64,000 nucleotides of DNA, from contig CM120640.1 in NCBI GenBank assembly GCA_051362555.1, positions 62,412,788 to 62,476,787 on the forward strand, given 5' to 3'. The first letter of the stretch is position 1, and the number at the start of each line of letters is the position of its first letter. Source of the DNA: Lingula anatina. Taxonomy: Eukaryota; Animalia; Brachiopoda. The notes beneath the pieces were generated by a model, which was given only the letters and a program-made list of their open reading frames with translations, made no database searches and was not told the origin of the DNA. Shown piece after piece: positions 13,201 to 27,300 of this stretch. A program made the position numbers and the translations under genes.

Positions 13201-16200
13201 TGTATTGAGGTCAAGATAAATAAATGAAAACTTGTAATCCAAGTTTCACCTCTTTAGTTGTTTCAAGGAAAAATTCTAGGAAGTAATAGCAGTTTCATCT
13301 AGCAATCTTGCAAATGTTCTGTTTGCTTTCTTTGATCTTCTTTCAGCTACATGTAAGTGGTAATTTTAGATGAACTAAAATTATGAATCTAATCAATGAG
13401 ACTTTTGAAAAAAATGAAAGAGAAAAAAGAATGAAAGAAAAGAAATTTTTTTATTATAAGACTTTGATATTTGACTAAGATTTTCAGTACTAAAGTGAGT
13501 CCACTATAAATGAGAAGATTCACTTCATCTTCCTGCTCTGCCCTTCACTACCTCTCATCTCCAAAAATAGCACTGAGGAAGATCTGGAATTTCATTCAGT
13601 GAAAAATTGACCAATGGCTAGGGTTGAAAATTTGATAGAATGATGGTAAACTACTTAGGAAACAGACAAGGAAGATCTATCCAGTGTCTGATTTAGAGAG
13701 ATCAAAGCTGTCTCAAAGGCAGTCTGCTAGTTATGTAAGTTGACAGCAATTAATGGAGGGATAGGGACTTGTTTTGTTGAGAAGTGGACAGTGAAGAGTA
13801 AACAAAGGTTTTCAGTTACCCCAAACCTGGGAAATATCAGGATCATGATCATTACCAAAGAGAAATTGCACAAGAGTTTGACTGATTGGTTTGTTTCCTG
13901 AACAACTGAATTATATTATTGATTTCATGTCCAATTCTATTTTTGTTGCTGCTGAATTCTGCAGTGAAAGCAACATTTGGACCTCCATTGCAGTTAGAAA
14001 AAGAAAAAGCAAAATTACACATTATTACATATATTTTTTAATATATATTTTCATAATTTGGATTGAATTGAAAAATTTATTAAATTCTCCTTTTTCATTT
14101 ACTGAAAAACAACAGCAGGGCCTTTTCAATTCAATTATTTCTAAGAAAAAGAAATCCAGAACACTACTAATCCTATAACCAAAAGTGAGAGAAATGGTTT
14201 AACAGTTGCCCTTTGAGATTCCCATGGCACATAATGGTGTGACCTGGATTGTACTGAGAAAAACAACTGAGTGCATCATTCTTAACCTCCAACCATCTGC
14301 CATCACTTAATTAGGCCAGGGGCTGGGAGACAGTAAGGTGATTTTAACCCTTTAGTTTTTGCTATCTGACTTAATTCTGTTACTAGGGAAAACCAAGGCA
14401 GAGATGGGTTAATATCAACCACTGACAGATGTATGTTTTTTGTGTGTCTGAGCAGTTCTTATGTTGCAAAAGTACTGTGAAAAAGGAAGAAAATAGTTAA
14501 TCCTTTTGTTTTACAGGTCCCTTTATGGGTTATATGGAATGGAAACTTTTGGCATAGACATACAGAAAGCATGGCATTTTTTTTCACTTCAGCTCTCAAT
14601 ATAAGATGAATCACTCTGATGGAGCAAAGCAAATATCAATACATTGTTATATACATACATTTATCGAAATGTAGAACAAAAAAATTGAAGTTGGGTTCCA
14701 AGATACTCATGGTAATGTATAACAAATACCTCCAACTGGTGATTTTTGCAAATAGTTTTTCTCCCTAGTTTAATCTTGCCCTTGATTAGCCAAGCTTTTG
14801 AAAGTAATAGGTACAAAACTTTTTTGCCTTGACCTTTTGAGCACTATGATAGCAATATAATGATCAGGTGTGATATTTGTACATGCTATAAAGACCACTT
14901 CGAACCCTAATGCTAAATACTCAAGGCAGTTTAAATAGTAAGTATAAATTGAATGTCAACAAATCATCATTAGAAGAGAACATCCCTTATGTTTGACAGG
15001 ATTTAACCTGGTCAAAAAGTCAAGAGGTACAATCTGGGTTTGAGTTTGGGCTCAAATGCTAAGAAATGTCGTACTTCCACAGAAAATGTACCAGACAAAC
15101 AGTTAATTGGTCATAAGTTCCCACACGTTGTGAACATAATTCTGTCTGTTTGCTTTGCAATAACATGGGACACAAGTCATAATAAATGATTGTAATTCTC
15201 TGTTTGCTTGGGAAAAACAGTTTGTTTTAACCCCACTTAGATCATGGCTAAACGCAAACAAAATTGCAGTAGTACTGTTCTCCTTTTTACTCAAGGCACA
15301 GTATACAGTAATTCTAGAATCCTGTCCTTTTATAACTTATTTGTTAGTGTGTTGTACACATCCTCTTGGACTAGAATTTTACCACAGATAAGCTATGAAA
15401 ACACTTGCTATGGCAGGGGGAAAAAGCCTGTGGACCACCGCCTTTCGGGATGCCACCACTTGTTACTTTGATTTGGTGTGTCACCTAAGGTTGAGAAGTT
15501 TGCAACTAAATTGTTGAACTGTGAAAGCAAGCTTTGTTAATACCTTTCAGAATTAGCCATGTAGCAAGCTCTAGTGGTGGTCCACAGCTGGACATTTTCA
15601 TTACCTTTTTTTGGTTAAAAACTAAAATGATGAAAATAATTACATTTTAGAGTGTCAGTTCAGATTACCCTGATAATTTTCCATGCTGAGTGATATTATG
15701 CTTCAGCTAGGAAACAAGTGCTTAGAAGATTTGAGAACGGTATTAATTCACCTGTGATTGTTACAGACAGTAATTCTCAAGGATATTTGATTTGAAGATA
15801 AACTTGATGGTTAAGGACCTTGTGGACCTTATGTCTCAACACAAATGGCAAAAAATACCATTTACTTTCCAATTGTAGTAAGACACATTTCATTTAAATT
15901 TTGTAGATCAAACTTACTACATATATTCTCAGCAAACCATCTTACTATTAGAAGCCTGAGGACTGGGTGCCAACCTCCTGGTAGCACCATTTTAGCCTGG
16001 CAGTGAGTTCTGCTAGGGTCACTCTCCTGCAAATGGGATATTTTCCAGACTACTTATTTGCCACTTTTCCAGAAATTGGATATTTTTGTGTATTAATTTA
16101 AAAGGCACAAACAATTTTTTTGCTATCTGCAACTTTTTTTCAACATTTTGGAAGAATTGGCTTTGTGTCCAACTCTTTTTTCTAAATGTTTGAAAAGTGC

Positions 16201-19200
16201 AAACTGGTTTTCCCTTAATTGTTTTTAAAAGTTTTGTATAATTTTAATCATGTTAATATTTAAGAATTAATTGCTATGCTCTGTGGTTGTCTGATTGAAA
16301 AAAAAACTTTTATCTTTCTCAGTAGAAACATTTACACTACGGTTGTGATTGCTACTTCACTTAATCATCTAACAGATCATGGTTTGGTGTGCGCTTCTAT
16401 ATTCCAATGGTTTGCGTATAGGTACAAGTAGAGCGCAAAAATTGCAAACAATGTATAGTAAACAAATTGCCAGTCGGTACTTATGTTGTAAAAGTCATTT
16501 CATTCTTCGCATAATGCAACAGTTGATATTCTCATTACACTTCCAGCATAATTACAACACATTATATTGCGCTATAAATTTTAACTCTTAGTTGTTATCA
16601 TAAGGAATTATTAATCTGGGTAGATTGCAAAAAATAAATGCAAATATGAACAAACCCTTAAATACATTTCTTTGACACTGAGGTCAGTGCTGGCCATGAT
16701 TACGCCCTTGATGCAGCTATTGCATCAATTAACTTTTTTGGAATACCAAACCTTCAGAATACTGATCCCCCCCCCCCCCCCCCCTTTTTTTTTTTGGAAT
16801 ACCAAGCTTTCAGAAAATAGAGCTGAAGATGATCGCAAACCACCTTAGCTGCTGACATTAAGTGTGGGGCAAAAGATGAAAATAGACTGGTATTCTGTGG
16901 TGAAAAATGAAATGAAAGAATCTAATGAGATACTACTAAACTTAATGTCTTAACTGTACTCTAAAGCGCCTTGTGAAACCATTTCTCACAAGTAACAATA
17001 GCATATCACCATGATCAAGCCTTGCTCCTTTAACATTAGAGCAAATGTGATTATGGGGTCTGTAGCACAGTATTCAGTACACATTCACTGTTGCTGCAAC
17101 ATCTCAGATGGTGCTAGTGATCTATACACAGTGTTGGTGGGCTGAGCAAGTCACCAAATTTAATTTGTGTGAAGAATGTAAGCAGGCAAGTTGCTCTGTT
17201 GAACTAGAAATAGTCCTTATCATATAATTGTTCAGTTTCTTTTTCTTGGATTGTTAGATTTTATTTGGTATTTAGATTGCTGTGTGTTATTTGCTGTCAA
17301 AGTAAGTGATGAAGTATTTTCATCCCATCCATTTTCGTTGTTTTTTTCCCCCTTTTAAAACCAGAATAGGTCAGGTGCACAAGCTGTTAGAAGTCATAGT
17401 GACATCAATAAATATCAGCTCACACAGGGCTTTGTAATAACTAAATTGAAAAAACTAATTTGTGTGTTCAATGAGGAGAGTGAGAAGAAAATTCTAATTG
17501 ACGTTGGCATTGTTTGGCATGATGAAGACTAAACTTCCAAAAATTAGTAAATGGATTCTATAATTTCTAGAGAACAGTGCAAGGTTAACTCAGTGCCTTA
17601 TCTTTGTATTTATCAAAAAAAAAAAAAAAAAAAAAGATGGCTATGAGAGTAAACGAATTTGTAAGAAAAAAAATGATGACGTCCAAAAAGAAACCAAGGT
17701 ATTTAGATAGAAGGCATGCCCAGTGACAGAAATGGCAGCAATCATTATTTAATGGACTACTGAGATATTATAGGTTTTGTCTCTCACAACTGAAGAAAAG
17801 CTCCTTATTCAGGTTAATCTTTTTCATTGTCTTCTTCCAGGTAGCTATCATGTACCATGATGCCAGTATTGGTAATGCTGTCAACTTGGTCATTGTCAGG
17901 ATGTTACTGTTGAAAAAGGACGAGGTAAGGCTGAGGTAGGAGAACTGATTATATGGGATCTAGATCCCCTCTTCCCACCAACTAAATATATCTATTTGTA
18001 GAATTTATTAAAATGAAGATGGTGGGCATATTATATTGATTATTTAAGGTCATCAGTTTTTTTCTTCTTCTATAAACAAGATGCAGACTGGCTATACAGA
18101 TAAACAGTGGTATATTCACTTTTATCTTTGTTTGAAGCATGATAGGTTGTTTTCATTTACAACATGTTTAGACCAGGAAGCAGTATGCCTAATGCATTAC
18201 ATCTTACATTGAATTGAGTGATAATGTGTTATAAATGTCTCAACCCTGCCCTAATGTTACCATGATAAATCAATTTATATGGTACAGTCTGTATTGGACT
18301 GGTTAAACATCCCCAGGTACCTTTTTGATATCAAATCATTTAACATAAATTGTGTCTTACAGGAGGGCTTAAAGATCAACAATCATGCAGACAATTCTTT
18401 GAAAAGTTTCTGTAAATGGCAGAATTCAATGAACCCTAAGGATGATTCCCATCCAAACCACCATGATGTTGCTGTTCTGCTTACACGGTAAGATGAATTT
18501 TGTGTGAACAAGCTGTATTTAAGCGCTATCAATATACCCAGGAATGCTCACAATTAATTTATGCCTCCAACAGTATTTTTTAATCAAAAAGACAGACATC
18601 CTTATTCACCATTCTGTATATAATATTGGGGATCAAAATACCAGCCAGAATTATCTGAATATAAAAATTCCATAATATTGTTTGGAGAAAAACATACTGA
18701 TAAATAGTAAAGAAGAACTGTCATAGTTAATACACCTTAAGATCTTTTGCTCCCTCTTAAGATACACAGAAAACTTAATGTCAATTCATTGAATGAATGA
18801 ATCCATTATTACACACGTAACTTTTTGATAAACTTTTAGGTACAATATCTGTTCTCGCCTGAATGAGCCGTGTAGTACCTTGGGTTTGGCAGAGGTAACT
18901 GGTTTATGTCAGCCGCACCGAAGTTGCAACATCAATGAGGACACGGGCCTAGCCTTGGCGTATACAGTTGCACACGAACTTGGGCACAAGTAAGTAGTGT
19001 TCAGAACATGAATGTTACATCAGTGCATAAGGCTTTCTAAACTAACTGTCAAGATCAAAGAAGTTGGTGTAATTAGCTGCAGGAAAGAAAGATGTTTGCT
19101 GAAATAATGCGACAATAGTAAACATTACAAGTATACTCAATTAATGAGTCAATGAAAGGCCTGTTTTTGAAAAAAATTAAATTCAGGTTCCAATTAGTCA

Positions 19201-22200
19201 TCTTGAGAAACTTCTCAAATTCTGTTTAGATATCTGTTTTGTAGATCTCTTAATACCTGCTTGGCTTTTGCCAAAAAAAAATTGATTAAAATAGTCTTTA
19301 TTTTCCTACCAACATCATTACTTCTGGTCTCAAATCTGGATAATATGTTCCTCTTATTGATGCTCCCCTTACATGGTTTCTGTTTAACACAGCGTATAAG
19401 ATTACACAAGAGCGTCTAGTCCTGGTTATATGATACTGAAGACAGAGATGATTAGACATGCTCCTGCAAGACTACTGATGTGGGACAAGATGGAATTCTT
19501 GTCAAGTTGGGCTGTGTCACTTGAAACATGATGACAAGAGAGGTGTAATTGGGTCTTGAATTCTAGTCTTTTGTTCCCCCACTTGTTTCTTGTGAAGCAA
19601 GCTTTTGATGATCTGCTGGCAAATTTCACACGCTAAGAGGATGTATTGAAAAGAATATTAACACCTAATCCAGGAAAGAACTCATCAAGATAGCAAGCCC
19701 TGAGGAACTGAGTGTTTGACCTCTGGGTGGGGGAGAACCACTTTGTCTTTGCACAATTTTGCGAAAGCCAAGTGTGGGTACTCTGTGCCTTTAGTTTGGA
19801 ATGTGACAGGCTTCCCCCTGCCCCTAATTGGTTTGTTAAATGGTTACCAGAAGTATAACTGGCATTTTTATTGTTTCTTTCTTTTTCATCTTTTGAAGTT
19901 TGTAGGTGTCTGTTTTGGTCTTTGGTGTTATGCTTTTAGTTTTTCTGTTCTTAAAAACGACTACAATTTCTGGAGAAATTGTAATTTTGTCAATAAATGC
20001 TTTTCATGCATGTTCTCTTCTGTTTATAATAGTGCTGCTTTTTTATCAGTTCTTTAAGAGGTTTATATTGCCATGGTGGAATAGCTAAAAATGTCCTTCT
20101 TTCCCATTAGCACAGTACGGAGCATCATTTTCAAGCGGTATTTTGGAAAAATTATGCAAAATTGCTTCCTTCCTCTGGAAGTGGTGGAATTCCTTACAAA
20201 AATATACATTTGGGCCAGAAGCCCCCTGCCGTATTGATTTGATTCAAATGCACATTTAAATTGTAAGTAGATTACAACGATAAGCTTTTATTTAGTTACA
20301 CGTGCTTTTCTCCATTTATAGGAAAAAGACATTGTAGGGCGAAATCCATATATATTCCATGTTAAAAGCATTAAGTCATAAATTTTGGACATGGTGTTGG
20401 TTAAGAAAAAGTAGTCAAAATGTTTCAACAATTTAAAAACGTTTTTACCCATGCCTTTTTTGGCTCTTCTTTCTATTTAGAATTTGCCATCTTGCCAAAA
20501 TGAAATTACTTCAGCTGGTAGAAATCTGTTAAATATTAAAAAATTTGTTTCAATATTGAACACAATGCAGTAATAATGAAATGAATACTTGCAGTCTCAA
20601 ATGCTGAAAGCTGGAATTATAAAAATGCAAGACACTTGCCCTTGTAGTTTAAGTAAAATTCATGTAAGATTGAGCCCAGCTCCGTCAATATTTTTGCAGA
20701 AACAATATTATACCTGGGCTCCATTTAGCTCACTCTTGTACAGCATCACTGACATTTGTTTTGGCATTATTTCATGTGTTGCCATGTCATAATTGTGCAT
20801 TTTTCACCAAACTGATTTTGAAAATTGCAGATTCTCAAAATAAACAAGTATTCAAATTTGGCTGGATATTATTTTCTTTTTTATTTAAAAAATGAAAGAA
20901 AAATAAGAAAGAAAAGAACAGTGTATATCCATTGGCAATGATATTGATATTTTTCCAGTTTTGGCATGAAGCATGACACTGAGAAGAATGGTTGTGAGGC
21001 AGTACCTGGAGCACATCAACATGTAATGGCACCTCAGCTTACAGCAGACAACAAGCCCTTGATATGGTCTAATTGTAGTAGGACTTCTATCACAAGATTT
21101 CTAGAGTGAGTTAAATCAACAGGTGTAATGTACTTTTATTTGAAGACACTGAAACTTAGTACTGTGTGGAAGATTGTCAGACAAGACAAAGTTCTGTGTG
21201 CTCTCCAATTAAAGATTTTTTAAAAGATGAGGGCAGTGGGTTTTGTATCTAATTTTGAAAGCCATGTGGCATTATATCATTGAAATTTTTACAAGAGTTT
21301 ATGCAATGAAAAATTTAAAGTTTTACTAAATAGGTATGTAATCAACTATTAAATTTCAGTCGTAACTGGGGTTACTGTTTGGAGGATGAGCCTGCAGATC
21401 ACAAATTTGCACAAACAAACTTGCCACCAGGTGTCATGTACGATGCTGATCACCAGTGTCGTCTGCAATATGGGCCAGAGGCTTCACACTGTAAGGGCAT
21501 TGAGGTAATCTTGTGCACTTTGCCTTTGCAGCATTTATGTATAACAAATTCAGTGATATGTAAAGAATTCTTAGGCCATGTTTTACGTGAGAATCTCTGG
21601 AGTAGCCTCCTACAACTGCAGAGTTTGTTTTAAATGAATTTGAAGTTTTAATCACATTTCTTTTTTTTTTTCAAAGAACAGAGTATATAAATTGGTTTTA
21701 GTATATATGTGAAAGCATACTCTTCATCCAGTTCAAAGTGACTGGTTGAATAAAAACTAAAGTTGCATTCACAACAGACAATTCGTGAATTACCGGTCCG
21801 CGGATCAAATATAGTGTACCCCACTTAAAAGCAATGCCCAGAATCACCTAATGATCTCCCTACATCCCTACATCCCTACAGGACCTTAGCAATTCACAGC
21901 TGAGATTCAATGCGTTTCATTACTAGGTCCCTACACACCTGGCATGTGGTAGGCAGGGAGACCACCAAGGGATTATGCAGCATGGCTTTTAAGTGGGATA
22001 GGCCATATATGATCCATGGACCAGTTAGTCCATGGATCATATATGAAAGTCTTATTAACCTGATCATTTTCTTGAAATTTCCCATATTAGCCAAAAATTA
22101 GCTAGGTAGTTTGAAATTCGCTACTCATTTCCCAGTGTTAAATTTTACCCTTGATTTTTTTTTTTTTTTTAGAATGTTTGTTCCATATTGTGGTGTCGTA

Positions 22201-24284
22201 TTGACAATCGTTGCTTGACACGTCTTGAGACAGCAGCAGAAGGAACGCGGTGTAAGGAGAACATTACAGGGTACCTGGCAGAATCCGATTCTGAAATGGT
22301 GCGTCCATAATGATTACAGTAGCTGTAGTGACAGTTTAATGAAAATTAATTATATGATTACAGTTTTTATCCTATCCTAAGAAAATTTATAACAGTTTGG
22401 TGCAAGCCATTGTAAGACACAAATTGTAGAGCTGTGACTCAGTGGCTTGTAATGTTCAAGTTAATTAATAATCTTTTTTACTTTATAATCTTAAATTTAA
22501 AGAATGGAAAAAAATCAGGAGCTATGTCTTGCTTGTGAATTGATATATTTATTGTCTTCTGTACTTTGTTTTAGTGGTGTTTCAATGGAGAGTGTACAGT
22601 GATGGGAGAGCGGCCAGAGGCTATAGATGGCAACTGGGGCATGTGGTCTGGCTGGACTGGGTGTAGTAGGAGCTGTGGAGCAGGAGTCAAGTATTCTGAA
22701 AGACACTGTGATAACCCACCGTAAGTGTAGCTTACAGGGAAGCAGTGATAATGACAATATACTTCTTATATGGAGCATTGCGCCTTACATAATAATTAAT
22801 ATGTTAAAAACACTGACTGTAAAACAAACCATAACATGACTAAAATATTTAACCATCATTTGAAATAATCCAGGCTGTGTCTTTCAAAATCAGTTTAAGA
22901 AACAATATAGGTACATCTGTTTTGCAGAATTTTCATATCGGAGAATTTATCATAAACACTCCTAGGTTTGTAAATTACCTTTATTTTGCAAACTTATTTC
23001 TAAATTCTCAGTTTCCAAATGAATGCTTCCCTTGTGAAGTATTTCAGCCTTGTTTGATAAGATTTAGCCAATATTTGAAAATGACCTAAGCATTTGGTCC
23101 TTTTAAATAGTATCTGATTGCAAATCCAAAATTGAGTGCTTGTAAATATTCAATGATACTGTAAATAATCACTCATGGATAAATAAGCAAGGTGATAAAC
23201 AACTTATCAACAAATTACTTAAGCAAGCCAACAATCTGTTGCTTTAAGTGAAGCAGTTAAAAACAGTAATTTCACCACAAATGTGATCAGATGGATTTTT
23301 AAGATCCATAGCTTTTTTTCTGTTAAGATCTCTTTCATCACCTTAGGAGGGAAAACAACATATTTTGGAAAGCATTTTAGGTGAACCTGAATGTAATTGT
23401 TATTGAGGGGAAAATGGAGCTGTTTCTTTTGTTTTCCGACTGGCTTGTTGCAGACTGGAGGAGGGAGTGCTGATGTGAATGTCTTACTTGGTCATGGTTG
23501 CCAGCTAGTCTGGTATGGTTGGTGTGTCACATATGGTTATTTGTCACAACCAATGTGACACATACTTAGTCTTTTGGCTGCTGCTTAAGATGGTAGAAAC
23601 ATTGACAAACATGTTTGTTACGACCACATCCAGAGTGTTTAGAGAAGCATTGTCAGAGACAGTAAATCATGTTTGTAATGACTTTGTGAAAAAATGCATT
23701 GGAAATCAGTCAAATATCAGTTTTTCTAAAAAGGGTGGAAGATAATCATATTGCCAACAGCTGCACGCCTGTTTACGACAGCTCACTCTAATCTTTCACT
23801 AGGGGCTTTGGCACAGCTGTATCAAAAAGTCTTTATCTGTCCCATCAGTCTGACCTGAAACTTTGCAACAAGGACTTTGTCTTGCATCAGGCGACTAAAC
23901 AACCTAAAATCAAGGTTAAAATTGTTTTTTACTTGATATTGAATTTCAGAATGCTCACATATCTTCATGCATCTGCTAGTACTTTTAAAAGAATGTACAG
24001 TTCAGCCTAAGAACAGAAGTTCAGGGATATTTTTATGTAAAACAATATGATTCTTTAAGATTTAAAAATATATGAAATATCTTATAAATTAATAATAAAA
24101 GCAAGAAATTTGAAAATGGCACAATATTTTTCTTAAAATTTATACATTTATTTCAATGTTAAGGACAAACTTTTCCTTGTAAATAAATAAAAGATATAAT
24201 TTTATTATTAGTCCGTCCAATGGAGGAAAATATTGCCTTGGTGAGAGGAAAAGATACAGAATATGCAATACTAAAGTGAGTAAT

Positions 24285-24363
<79 letters not shown>

Positions 24364-27300
24364 AATATTTGGTTTCAGTGCACTTCGAATTCATTATAAG
24401 AGGTTATAGTGCATTTCATATTTGAACTTAACCAGCCTCTCTCAGTCAGGGTTGAAGTCAAGTTAGCCCCATTACCTTACTTGGTACACTATCTATCATA
24501 GTAATGTATAAACAGTCTTTGTTTTTTGTCCTTGATTTTAATGCTTCAATCATTCTGAAGAAAGAAATATGTGAATAGCCCTTTGTGATATATGGTTGTG
24601 TCATTTGGTGCAGATACAGCAAGAAAAATGCCTTCTTGATTTGAATTTTTTAGTTGATATTTTTAACAAATTTTGAAATATAGTTTGAAATTGACCTGTT
24701 GTTTGATCATTTTATTAGAATGCATTTTAAGGTTTACATAGCTATAAACCAATCCATATTTATTTTTAGTATATAAATATAACTGACTGACCTTTTTTCA
24801 GTCGTGCCCAGAAGGAGAACCAGATTTCTTAGAAAGTCAATGTGCAGAGTTCAACTACATTCCTTACAAAAATGGTTTATATGAATGGGAGCCAGTTCCT
24901 TCACCATGTAAGGTTTTTTCTCTTTTTGACATTGATAATATATAGTTTAAGATGATTACAATTATGTTTTGAATACTTTTATCTTTCATTTGCTTTAAAA
25001 CACCATCACAAATTAAAGATGATATTTTTGGTAATTTGCCAAATATTTTGTATATGATTTAAGGTAATATACCAGTTTTATGGCTGTAATACTTTTTTTA
25101 TTAATTTAAACCTGTATGAAAATTCAATTCATTTAAACTAGTGAACCCGTGCCAGCTCCATTGTAAACCAGTTAACAAGTTCTTCTCTGTGATGTTGAGG
25201 GACATTGTAAAAGATGGGACTCCATGCAAGCTTGGGACTAGAAACATGTGCATTAGTGGAAGATGTAGGGTAAGTGTGCAAGGATTTTCCAGGAAAAATA
25301 GACAGGCCTGTTTCCAGTGTATATCAGTTAACAGACTGAAATTGGTTGTAAAAAGATATACATGCCCAAGTTGACCTAAAACATGTATGTTATGTTAGTA
25401 TTATTGAAATTGAGCTAGTTGAAAATTTGACTTTTGTTTCATTTTATCGTTGCTTCTGAAGCACTTTTTAATAGGAAATTGTGTGGTAACCATTTATTTC
25501 TAGCATATTGGTTGTGACTGGGTAATAGACTCTGAAGCTAAAGAAGACCGCTGTGGGGTGTGTCATGGTGATGGAAGGGCATGTACCACAGTCAAAAAAG
25601 AATTTAAAGATGTACAAGGTTTAGGTAAGCACTCGCTTCCATTATCTGCAGCTGTGGGCCCCGTTTTCATGAAGCTTTAATGAAGACTAAAAATGTTAAC
25701 TTTCATGTGCAAATTTTACCCTATTGTCCATAAAGAGGTCTTGTCAAAATTTTTTAGATGTGAGACAATATCTGTGTAATTTTATCATCTGTTTATATTC
25801 TAGATATTTTTGCTTGTTTATATACCAACTACATTGTCTATTTATCAGGCTATGTGGAAGCCACGGTTATCCCAGAAGGAGCCAGGAACATTCGAGTTGA
25901 GGAGGTGGCCGAGGCCAATAACTATCTTGCTATAAAGGACAAGAAAGGGGACTATCTTCTCAATGGCCACTGGTATATTCAGTGGAGTGGGGACTACAAG
26001 GTGGCAGGCACCACACTGAGGTATGACAGAGTTGGCAACAAGGAGAGCTTCAGTGCTGCTGGACCTATCAAAGAACCATTGCATATTATGGTAGGTAAAT
26101 TTGAGTTGTGATATCAAGACAATTAAATTGTGCTGTTCCTGTTATTCACTGATGTTGTTATGTTACTGTCAAGCTTTCCCTCCTTTTTATGTAAGTCAAA
26201 ATGCTGACTTATCAGGTAAGTTGCAGTGCTTCAAAAAAAAAAAAAAAAAACAATAGCTAGTTTTCTTCTGTTTCATCAACATTTGTTACATATTTCAAGC
26301 AGTTGATGTCACAGTGCTCTGCTTACTACACAGACCTGAATAGAATATCTAAAAATGTTTTTATTAATTGATAAAAAGCTAGTATATAATTTATGTAAGT
26401 TAAAAGCATTTTCTGTGTTGTAACATCTTCATTGAAATAAAAACATACTGCAGCTTGTTTTATCATACCTCTACTTTTGTTCTTTTAGCTTTTGTTCCAG
26501 TCTATCAACCCAGGCGTTGTGTTTGAGTACACAGTACCCAATGAAAATGCCACAGAGAGGGAGCCAGTGTTCCTATGGGAGTTCACTGATTGGACACACT
26601 GCACTGCTTCCTGTGGTGGAGGTAACTTATGAGTATATGTTCAAAAACAGTTCCAACACTATTTGTAATTAAATTATGTAATGGAGGAAATACCCCAATT
26701 TATCTAAAACAGCTGTAAGTATGAATGGGGCATTTTAGGACATACATTGCACCAGTAAGTTGCTTTCCTTTCCCTTAAAATGTATACCATTATATTTTAT
26801 TCAATTGCTGCTTTTTAGGATTCCAGCGGCGTGTTGTTGTGTGTACAGAGGTGGAGGCAGGTGTGGTGGATGATGAGTACTGTAATATGACATCCAGACC
26901 TGAAGACAAACAGAAAAGCTGTAATGAACACTTGTGTCCAGCAAGGTAATTATTGAAATAATGGTAATATATGATAATGATATTTTTTAGAGTCTAAGGT
27001 AAGGACGTGGGACACAGTAGCTGCCTTTGTGAGCTTAAATGGCTGTTTAAAACAGGTCTGAAACGGGTGACAAATGACAAATGACAAAAATTTCAAGATG
27101 CAAAGGTTCCTTGTAGTGATCTCAACACGATCTGTTTGTCTGGTCATGTCAGTTAGGCATTTTTTGGTGAAATAATCAATATGATTTAAATTCTGTTTAA
27201 TCGCATAACTAGGGAGGGGAGTGTACCAGGGATCCTGGTAGTTCAAATATAGAAAACATGTTGTCACAAAAAGAATATTTTAGCACTTAACTGTGTATGG

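Noticed and set aside
14344-14412. TTAA-CCC ... GGG-TTAA resembling a tiny piggyBac MITE
   Set aside because: Inverted match is only ~7 bp including TTAA, which is compatible with chance.
15428-15587. 12-bp inverted repeat CTGTGGACCACC / GGTGGTCCACAG
   Set aside because: No clear TSD or extended TIR; may be a decayed TE but cannot be supported.
16735-16820. Poly-C/poly-T run between two copies of TTTTTGGAATACCAA...TTCAGAA
   Set aside because: Simple local slippage duplication; homopolymer length may be a sequencing artefact.
24159-24362. ORF MRERERER... on the minus strand
   Set aside because: Translation of a (CT)n microsatellite, antisense to a real ADAMTS exon.
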